From the NCBI GenBank assembly GCA_910579615.1, contig CAJTUA010000005.1, forward strand, positions 132,135 to 196,134: 64,000 nucleotides of DNA, written 5' to 3'. The translations under genes and the position numbers were made by a program. This DNA is from an uncultured Lachnospiraceae bacterium. GTDB lineage: Bacteria > Bacillota > Clostridia > Lachnospirales > Lachnospiraceae. Under the pieces are notes generated by a model that saw only the letters and a list, made by a program, of their open reading frames with translations, was not told where the DNA came from and did not search any database. Shown one piece after another: positions 38,338-45,561 of the stretch (position 1 is the first letter of the stretch; every line of letters begins with the position of its first letter).

Positions 38338-39324
38338 ATGGCGCAGGAAATGAGGAGTGTTATGGGATATTTGAAAATGAGGGCAGGCAGGGGAGTATGT
38401 GCCGTAGTTACGGCCGCGGTGGCATTTACTTTGTGTATGGATGGGAATGCAATGTCTGTGGGCGCGGCGGAAACCGTGCGCGTTTCCGGGCAGGAATATA
38501 ATCTTACGGTGGAGGATTTGCCGGATGGTGTGGAAAGAGCATATGCGAAATTCCATGACGGCACGTTGGACGCGGGCAATTATATGCTGTCGCTTTTTGA
38601 TGGCTACGACGCGATGATTCAGATGGAGGAAGCGCTGACGGCAGCGGGGGAGGATATCTCCGATATTGAGTACCAGGCGTTTGAGGCAACGGTCTATGAG
38701 ATGGACGAGGATGAGGATTACTACCCGCTTGACGGAATGCAGGGGATTACGCTGATTTGTCCGCTGCCGGAGGGCTTTGCGGAAAATTCCGGGAAGGTGC
38801 AGATTACGGCGGTTGATGCAAATGGGGCGCTCTGCCGCGTTGATTCGAAAATTGTGCAGGCAAACGGGCAGGATTGTGTGATGTTCGACCTTTCTGTCTT
38901 TACGACGTATGCATTTTTGTATAAGAGCAGTGGGGCGCTGACATCAGGAAAGCACCCGACCCCAACCCCGGTTCTGGCGAAAGCGACACCGACACCGACG
39001 CCAAGACCGACCCAGGCGGCGGAGAAGACACCGACGCCAAGGCCGACCCAGGCGGCGGAAAAGACACCAACGCCAAGGCCGACCCAGGCGGCAGGAAAGA
39101 CCCCGACACCAAAGCTGAGCCAGGCGGCGGAGAAAACACCGACGAAAGCGCCAGCAAAAGCAGGGGCGGCGTCCGGGGGTTCCTCAGCGGCTGCCACGGC
39201 GCCACAGCGTGACAAGACACCGCAGACAGGGGATTCCTTCACGCCGGACCGCTATTTTGCGATGCTTGCCGCAGGCGGGATGCTTGTGGGGCTTGGGTTT
39301 TTTCTTGGACATAAAAAGAAGTAG
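38338..39324 (+). CDS. Cell-wall-sorted surface protein (PQTG sorting signal) with Pro/Thr tandem repeats
   Basis: N-terminal signal-like segment. The C-terminus KTPQTGD + hydrophobic stretch + HKKK is a sortase signal. Lies immediately downstream of srtB. Confidence 0.75.
   Translation: MAQEMRSVMGYLKMRAGRGVCAVVTAAVAFTLCMDGNAMSVGAAETVRVSGQEYNLTVEDLPDGVERAYAKFHDGTLDAGNYMLSLFDGYDAMIQMEEALTAAGEDISDIEYQAFEATVYEMDEDEDYYPLDGMQGITLICPLPEGFAENSGKVQITAVDANGALCRVDSKIVQANGQDCVMFDLSVFTTYAFLYKSSGALTSGKHPTPTPVLAKATPTPTPRPTQAAEKTPTPRPTQAAEKTPTPRPTQAAGKTPTPKLSQAAEKTPTKAPAKAGAASGGSSAAATAPQRDKTPQTGDSFTPDRYFAMLAAGGMLVGLGFFLGHKKK
38992..39135. repeat. Four tandem 36-bp coding repeats (TPTPRPTQAAEK units)
   Basis: ACACCGACGCCAAGACCGACCCAGGCGGCGGAGAAG and three successively more diverged copies. 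Confidence 0.9.
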
Positions 39325-39340
39325 TGATATTGTGTGATAC

Positions 39341-39374
39341 AAAAAGATGCTGCTATTTTAGCAGCATCTTTTTT
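39341..39374. terminator. Bidirectional terminator between convergent genes
   Basis: AAAAAGATGCTGC-TATTTTA-GCAGCATCTTTTTT. It overlaps the last codons of the minus-strand 88-aa ORF. Confidence 0.7.
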
Positions 39375-39619
39375 ACGGCATCGAACCGCTTGCGGTCGTC
39401 CGCGGACATCTGGGATTCAAGAATCTCGGAAAGCAGCGCAGACTCCTCCGGGGAGAATTTAAGCCGCAATGCGTTCATCTTGCTGATGGCTTTCATATAA
39501 AGCGTCGGCATGTTCTTCTGCGTTGTCTTTTGGGACTCCTCCATCAGTTCCATGAGAAACTGTTTTTTGATTGGCTCAAGCTTTGCAAGCTCCGGGCGGT
39601 TTAACCAATTTGCATCCAT
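39353..39619 (-). CDS. Hypothetical 88-aa helical protein
   Basis: ATG at 39619 preceded by GAGGTG. Charged, helical-looking composition. No family recognised. Confidence 0.5.
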   Translation of the reverse strand: MDANWLNRPELAKLEPIKKQFLMELMEESQKTTQKNMPTLYMKAISKMNALRLKFSPEESALLSEILESQMSADDRKRFDAVKKMLLK

Positions 39620-39661
39620 TAAAAGCACCTCGTATGTCAAATGAAAAAATATCATTCTATT

Positions 39662-40069
39662 CTATTCCGCAGGTGGCTCTGACATGACAGTTTTCAGGTT
39701 TTCAAACATCTCTTTTTGGTCTGGGGAAAGCATGGAAAAGAGCATGTCGGCCATACCACCACCATCCGCTTGGTTGTTGTCCGAAAAATTGTTGGCCATA
39801 TTTGCAAACGCAGCGCCCATATCCGGTGCAGCGCCTGCGCCCGCGTCACCGCCCATATTCATCATCGGGGCGAGCTCCTGAAACGTCTGGTAGAGCTTTA
39901 ACATCTGCATCATATTCTGCATCTGGGAAAATTGTGCACGCTCCTGCTCGCTCAAAAAAGGCGAGAGCTTCGCGAAAATCTCGGACATGGCATCCGCGGA
40001 ATCCGCAGATGCTGCCTGCCCAAAATCAAAGCGCTTCTTCGGGCAGCTCATGCACTCTTTTAATTCCAT
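39662..40069 (-). CDS. Hypothetical Met/Gly/Ala/Asp-rich protein, start uncertain
   Basis: ORF with a plausible C-terminal part (SPFLSEQERAQFSQMQNMMQML...SPDQKEMFENLK). None of the candidate ATGs (40102, 40069, 40051) has a good RBS. Confidence 0.35.
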   Translation of the reverse strand: MELKECMSCPKKRFDFGQAASADSADAMSEIFAKLSPFLSEQERAQFSQMQNMMQMLKLYQTFQELAPMMNMGGDAGAGAAPDMGAAFANMANNFSDNNQADGGGMADMLFSMLSPDQKEMFENLKTVMSEPPAE

Positions 40070-40343
40070 GAATTTTGTAAAGAGAAGCAGGGGCTGGCGC
40101 ATGGGAAAAGGAATGTAGGGAAGCAGGATGCTGCAAAAAAAAGAAAGCCGGCAAAAGCCTGTTGATTGCCGGAAAATGGAATCGGTTGTGTTTCCATGTG
40201 ATAAATCCATAGCCTACCTCCATACAATAAGGAACTGTTGGCAGGCTTGGGCGATATAATTGTAAGCGCCGGATTGCAAACGGCTCTATATCAAATCGTC
40301 TGCCTGCCATACATTGTATGCGGGAGAAAGGAAAAAATAACCT

Positions 40344-40823
40344 TTACTGTGGATAGTTTAGGCGGTCCGGTGTAATTTTATCAAGAACCTCATCGAGATA
40401 TTTTCTGGCGAGAAAGCGCGCCATCGGCAGGTTCATGTCAAGATAATTGCCGCAGGCGGCGGCGGAGGCACCCGGCACTTCATCACAAAAGGACGCGATG
40501 AAGGAAAACATCTCCCGCAAAAGCGGAACCATGTCCTCGGAGGTATGCTCCCCGGAAAGCAGCAGGTAAAAACCGGTGCGGCATCCCATCGGACCAAAAT
40601 ATACAATTTTTTCGCCATACTGGGCATGGTTGCGCAAAAAGGTGGCACCAAGGTGCTCAATGGTGTGGATTTCCGCGGTATTCATGACCGGCTCATAATT
40701 TGGGCGCGTCATGCGGATGTCAAAGGTGGTGATGGTTTCGCTGCCGATGCTGTCCTTGCGGGAAACATAGACTCCCGGTAAAAGGCGCAGATGGTCAACC
40801 GTAAAGCTTGCGATTGTTTTCAT
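40344..40823 (-). CDS. luxS: S-ribosylhomocysteine lyase
   Basis: HTIEHL metal motif and GPMGCRTGFY block. ATG at 40823 after GGAGG; the track ORF is 10 codons longer. Confidence 0.95.
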   Translation of the reverse strand: MKTIASFTVDHLRLLPGVYVSRKDSIGSETITTFDIRMTRPNYEPVMNTAEIHTIEHLGATFLRNHAQYGEKIVYFGPMGCRTGFYLLLSGEHTSEDMVPLLREMFSFIASFCDEVPGASAAACGNYLDMNLPMARFLARKYLDEVLDKITPDRLNYPQ

Positions 40824-41012
40824 GGTAAAAGACCTCCATTCTAAGTTCTGCAAATTCCCACAAAACCTGTATCTGCGGTGGAATTATCATCCGTTCCACT
40901 TCCTAAGGCTGCACTGGGTCTGTGCGGGAATCTGCGGCTGAGAAAATAATGAAATTGCTATGCGTTTATTATAGCCAATACTTTATAGAAAGGCAAGAAA
41001 AAATCTTCCTGC

Positions 41013-41040
41013 TTGACAGGGCGGGTGGGTATATTATAAT
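41013..41040 (+). promoter_or_regulatory. Promoter of the HAD-fusion gene
   Basis: TTGACA (41013-41018), 16-nt spacer, TATAAT (41035-41040). Confidence 0.6.
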
Positions 41041-41084
41041 AGAGGAAAGCGCGAAAAGCGGAGTGGAGAAAAACAGGAGGGAAT

Positions 41085-42308
41085 ATGATTAAGAATATTA
41101 TTTTTGATGTTGGGAACGTACTGGCACATTTTCGGTGGAAAGATTATATCAATGAGCGTTTCGGGGAGGATGTGCGCCAGAAAATCGTGGACGCCACCGT
41201 GCGCGGGCCATACTGGGACGAGGTGGACAGAGGGGCGCTTCCGATAGAGGAAATCGTGCGGATGTGCGCCGCGCTTGTGCCGGGGTTTGAGGCGGAAATC
41301 GAGGCATTTTTCGCAAACCGTGAACAGCTTGTGGAGGAATATGCTTATTCGGCTGCCTTGGTCCGGAGCCTGAAGGCGGCGGGCTACCATGTTTATCTGC
41401 TCTCAAACTACGCAGGAGACCTCTTTGACTATGCGCGCAGGCATTTTCAATTTATTCCGCTTACGGACGGGGGCGTAATTTCCTATGAGATTCATAAGGT
41501 GAAGCCGGAGCCGGAAATTTATGAGGAGCTGCTGCACCGCTATCATCTGGTGCCGGAGGAATGCGTATTTTTGGACGACCTTGCCCGCAATCTGGAAGGC
41601 GCGAAGAAATTCGGCATCCACACGGTTTTGTTTACCGGGCTTACGGATGCGCTTGAAAGCCTGAAGGAGCTTGGGGTAACCCCGGTTCAGGCAATGATTT
41701 TTGATGTGGACGGAACACTCTGGGATACGACAGAGGCCGCCGCAAAAATATGGAGCGATGTGGCGGCGAAATACCCGGAAATAAAAGATACCGTCACGCC
41801 AGAAAAATTAAAGAGGCTTTACGGGCTGCCGTTAGAAGACATTGCGAAAAAACTCTTTGTATCGGTGCCGGAGGAGACTGCCATCCGGGTGATGGAGGAA
41901 TGTGTGCGGGTGCAGTGCCCGGTTCTGGCAAAGGGCGGTGCGTCCCTGATTGGCGATGTGGCGGGCGCGTTTGAAAAGCTCCGGGAAAAATACCGTATTT
42001 TTATCGTTAGCAACTGCCGCAGCGGCTATATCGAGGCAATGCTGCAGGCACATCAGCTTTCCGGCCTGGTCGATGATTTTACCTGCCCGGGCGATACAGG
42101 GCTGTTGAAAGCGGACAATATCAAGCTTATCTGTGAGAGGAACCATATACCGCTTTCTAAGGCGGTTTACATCGGGGATACGCTTCCGGATGAGGTAGCT
42201 GCACATGAAGCGGGCGTGCCATTTGTATTTGCGGAGTACGGTTTCGGGGAATGCAGGAATCCGGATTACCGGATTGGGAATATTGCAGAGTTGGCGGAGC
42301 TGTTCTGA
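41085..42308 (+). CDS. Fusion of two HAD-superfamily hydrolase domains
   Basis: Two motif-I sites: IIFDVGNVL (N-terminal) and MIFDVDGTLWDT (residue ~205). Each is followed by its own motif II/III region (LLSN.., IVSNC.., GDT..D). Confidence 0.8.
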   Translation: MIKNIIFDVGNVLAHFRWKDYINERFGEDVRQKIVDATVRGPYWDEVDRGALPIEEIVRMCAALVPGFEAEIEAFFANREQLVEEYAYSAALVRSLKAAGYHVYLLSNYAGDLFDYARRHFQFIPLTDGGVISYEIHKVKPEPEIYEELLHRYHLVPEECVFLDDLARNLEGAKKFGIHTVLFTGLTDALESLKELGVTPVQAMIFDVDGTLWDTTEAAAKIWSDVAAKYPEIKDTVTPEKLKRLYGLPLEDIAKKLFVSVPEETAIRVMEECVRVQCPVLAKGGASLIGDVAGAFEKLREKYRIFIVSNCRSGYIEAMLQAHQLSGLVDDFTCPGDTGLLKADNIKLICERNHIPLSKAVYIGDTLPDEVAAHEAGVPFVFAEYGFGECRNPDYRIGNIAELAELF

Positions 42309-42457
42309 AAATGATGAGAATGGAACATGACAAAAACCAAAGGCGTGCCAGAGAAAAGCATGTGAAAAGCCCAAAAATCCGAAACGGGTGCGGCAGCAGA
42401 ATTCAACATGCGGTCAGGGAATTTTAAGATTGCAGAAATCATAAACGGGGGATTGGT

Positions 42458-43417
42458 ATGAAAATCGTATTTATGGAAGCGGATACCTTGGGCAAGGATG
42501 TGGATTTGAGCGCATTTGATGCATATGGAGAGGTTGTAGTGTACGAAAAATCCGTGCCGGAGGAAAACGCGGCGCGCATCAGGGACGCGGATATTATTAT
42601 CGTAAATAAAATCCAGTTAAATGAGACGCTGCTGAAAGATTGCGCGAAGCTGAAATTTATCGCGCTGACAGCGACCGGGACAAACAATGTGGATTTTGCT
42701 TATGTGGACGGGCGCGGCATCCGGGTGGCAAATGTCAGCGGCTACTCGACAGATTCGGTGGCGCAGCACACGTTCGCACTGTTGTTTTATGTGTATGAAA
42801 AGATGCATTTTTATGACCATTATGTCAAGTCGGGCGAATATGTAAAATGCGATATTTTCAGCAAATTTGATGTGCATTTCCACGAGCTTGCCGGGAAGCG
42901 CTTCGGCATTGTAGGGCTTGGCAATATCGGCAGGCGGGTCGCAGGAATTGCCCGCGCGTTTGGCTGTGATGTCGTTTATTATTCAACGAGCGGTGTCCAT
43001 GAGGACAAAGAATACCGGCGCGTGGACAAGGAGACATTGTTCCGGGAATCGGATATTATCTCCATCCATGCCCCACTAAATGGCGCAACAAAAGATTTCG
43101 TCGGGGAGAAGGAGCTTTCGTGGATGAAAAAGGATGCCGTGCTTTTAAATCTTGGGCGCGGACCAATTGTGAACCAGAAGGCATTGGCGAAAGCGTTGTT
43201 GGAGGAGCGCATCGGCGGCGCGGCGCTGGATGTGCTGACACAGGAGCCGATGGCAGCGGACAATCCGCTCCTTGCAGTGCAGGACTCCACGCGCCTGATT
43301 ATTACACCGCACATTGCCTGGGCGACGACCGAGGCGAGACAGCGCTGCGTTGATGAGGTGGCGCTGAATGTGAAGGCATATCTGGCGGGGAAGGAGAGAA
43401 ATCTCGTGACGGGATGA
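42458..43417 (+). CDS. D-isomer-specific 2-hydroxyacid dehydrogenase (glycerate/hydroxypyruvate reductase-like)
   Basis: NAD-binding GIVGLGNIGRRVA and the catalytic region LLNLGRG...ITPHIAW. Confidence 0.9.
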   Translation: MKIVFMEADTLGKDVDLSAFDAYGEVVVYEKSVPEENAARIRDADIIIVNKIQLNETLLKDCAKLKFIALTATGTNNVDFAYVDGRGIRVANVSGYSTDSVAQHTFALLFYVYEKMHFYDHYVKSGEYVKCDIFSKFDVHFHELAGKRFGIVGLGNIGRRVAGIARAFGCDVVYYSTSGVHEDKEYRRVDKETLFRESDIISIHAPLNGATKDFVGEKELSWMKKDAVLLNLGRGPIVNQKALAKALLEERIGGAALDVLTQEPMAADNPLLAVQDSTRLIITPHIAWATTEARQRCVDEVALNVKAYLAGKERNLVTG

Positions 43418-43559
43418 CTTGAGGGGAAATGTTAAGAAAAGCGTTTCCTGCCTGGCATCGCATCCGGGCAATAAAAACACCCGCGGTAAAGCGGAAATGC
43501 AGCCTTGAAATTATGCATTATGACATAAAACATAATACGACAAAAAAGGAAAAATAAGA

Positions 43560-45467
43560 ATGGATATCAAAGAATATTTGAAGGCGCACCGCCTGATTAC
43601 GGACGGCGCGATGGGAACCTATTACGCGGAGTTAAAAAGGCAGGAGAGCCTGATTTCAGAATGGGCGAATCTAATAGAGCCGGAAACCGTAGCGGGCATC
43701 CACCGCGCATACCTTGCGGCGGGGGCGGTACTGCTTCGGACAAACACCTTTGCGGCGGGCAGGCAGGCGCTTGGCATCGGCGCGGAAAAACAGGAAGAAA
43801 TCGTGCGGGCAGCGTGCCGGATTGCGAAGGCGGAAATTGCGGCGCATGCTGACCGCACGGGAAAAATCGGTTTTCTGGCAGGCGATATCGGACCGCTGCG
43901 GGAGTTTTCTGAAAACGGCGAGACGGCGGATGTGGGAGCGGAATACCGCGCACTGATTGACTTGTTTTTGGAGGAGGGCGTGGATGCACTTTGGTTTGAG
44001 ACCTTTCCGGATATGGAAGGGATGGCAGAAGCGGCAGCCTACGCGAAAGAAAAACGTCCGGGCATTTTCTGCGCGGGCTTGTTTGCGGTAAACCAAAACG
44101 GATACTCGGCGGCGGGAATCCGCGCAAACCGCCTGGTTGCGCAGGCGGCGCAATTGGACGTGCTTGATGCGCTCGGATTAAACTGTGGTATTGGTTCGGG
44201 GCATATGCTGCATATCGTGGAAAATTTGCATCTGCCGGAAAATAAATATTTTTGCGTCCTGCCAAATGCGGGTTACCCGGAGCAGCTGCACAGCCGGATG
44301 GTGTTTGTGCGGAATGAGAATTATTTCCGGCAGAACATGGAAAAAATTGCGGCATACGGCGTTTCGGTGCTTGGGGCATGCTGTGGTTCGTCGCCGGAAT
44401 ATATTAAGGAGCTGGCGGGGGATGGGATTGGTACAGGGATTGGCTGCATAGAAAAAAGGTCTGTGCCAGTATCGGAGACAAAACAAGGCAGTGCCCCAAA
44501 AACCCCTGCACCGGACATAACCGTGAAAAACGCGGGAATTATGAACGCGGACGGCGGGATTTTCCCACCGCAAATCCACGTTGAAAACAACCCCGTTATG
44601 CAATTATTTTCCCGCAAGAAAGTCATTGCGGTCGAGCTTGACCCTCCTTACGATGCGGACGACGCAAAAATCATTTCCGCATCACAGCGCCTGAAAGAAC
44701 TTGGCGCAGACCTTATCACCATAGCGGATTCCCCGCAGGGGCGCAGCCGCATGGATTCTGTCCTGACGGCAGTAAAGCTTACCGGTATCACGGGGCTGCC
44801 CGTCATGCCCCACATCTGCTGCCGGGATAAAAATATGATTGCCATGCGCTCGGTGCTGCTTGGCGCTTATGCAAATGAAATCCGCAATCTTTTGATTGTC
44901 ACCGGAGACCCCGTGCCGGGGGAACTGCGCAGCAGCGCGACGGGCGTGTTTGACTATAATTCCATGAAGCTGATGAATTTCGTGCGGGAAATGAATCTGG
45001 AGCATTTTTCGGCGGAGCCTTTTGTCTATGGGGGAGCGCTGAACCAGGGGCGCGCAAATTTTGATAAGGAGTTGGAGCGCACGCAGAAGAAAATTGACGC
45101 TGGGGCTTCCTATTTCCTGACACAGCCCGTCTATGGCGGGGAGGATGTGGAGAGGCTGCGCCGTTTGAAGCGGACGCTTGACACAAAACTCTTTGCCGGG
45201 ATTATGCCGCTTGTCAGCTACCGCAATGCCAATTTCGTAAAAAATGAATTGGTCGGCATCCATGTGCCGGATGAGGTGCTCCATGCATACCACCCGGATA
45301 TGAGCAGGGAGGAAGGCGAGGATACCGGGGTTAGGGTAGCACTCTCGGTGATGGAGAAATTGGAAGATTTTGTGGACGGGTATTATTTTATGCTGCCGTT
45401 TAACCGGGTGGGGCTGATGGAAAAGATTATGGCAGCAAAAAAGTACGGCGTACCGGATTTGCAGTGA
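43560..45467 (+). CDS. yitJ: Bifunctional homocysteine S-methyltransferase / 5,10-methylenetetrahydrofolate reductase (YitJ-type fusion)
   Basis: N-terminal Hcy-binding domain (DGAMGT..., GLNCG, GACCGS) fused to a C-terminal MTHFR domain (VELDPP..., TQPVY). Confidence 0.9.
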   Translation: MDIKEYLKAHRLITDGAMGTYYAELKRQESLISEWANLIEPETVAGIHRAYLAAGAVLLRTNTFAAGRQALGIGAEKQEEIVRAACRIAKAEIAAHADRTGKIGFLAGDIGPLREFSENGETADVGAEYRALIDLFLEEGVDALWFETFPDMEGMAEAAAYAKEKRPGIFCAGLFAVNQNGYSAAGIRANRLVAQAAQLDVLDALGLNCGIGSGHMLHIVENLHLPENKYFCVLPNAGYPEQLHSRMVFVRNENYFRQNMEKIAAYGVSVLGACCGSSPEYIKELAGDGIGTGIGCIEKRSVPVSETKQGSAPKTPAPDITVKNAGIMNADGGIFPPQIHVENNPVMQLFSRKKVIAVELDPPYDADDAKIISASQRLKELGADLITIADSPQGRSRMDSVLTAVKLTGITGLPVMPHICCRDKNMIAMRSVLLGAYANEIRNLLIVTGDPVPGELRSSATGVFDYNSMKLMNFVREMNLEHFSAEPFVYGGALNQGRANFDKELERTQKKIDAGASYFLTQPVYGGEDVERLRRLKRTLDTKLFAGIMPLVSYRNANFVKNELVGIHVPDEVLHAYHPDMSREEGEDTGVRVALSVMEKLEDFVDGYYFMLPFNRVGLMEKIMAAKKYGVPDLQ

Positions 45468-45561
45468 CGGGATGGGGTAATTTTGGCAATGGGCATGACA
45501 GGGATTGAAACAGTATGGCTACATGAAGGAAATTTGAACATAAACAGAAACGGAGAAAATT

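Noticed and set aside
43418-43559. Expected S-box/SAM riboswitch upstream of the yitJ-like gene
   Set aside because: I found no S-box core or T-box motif by eye. I could not exclude other riboswitch classes without a covariance-model scan.
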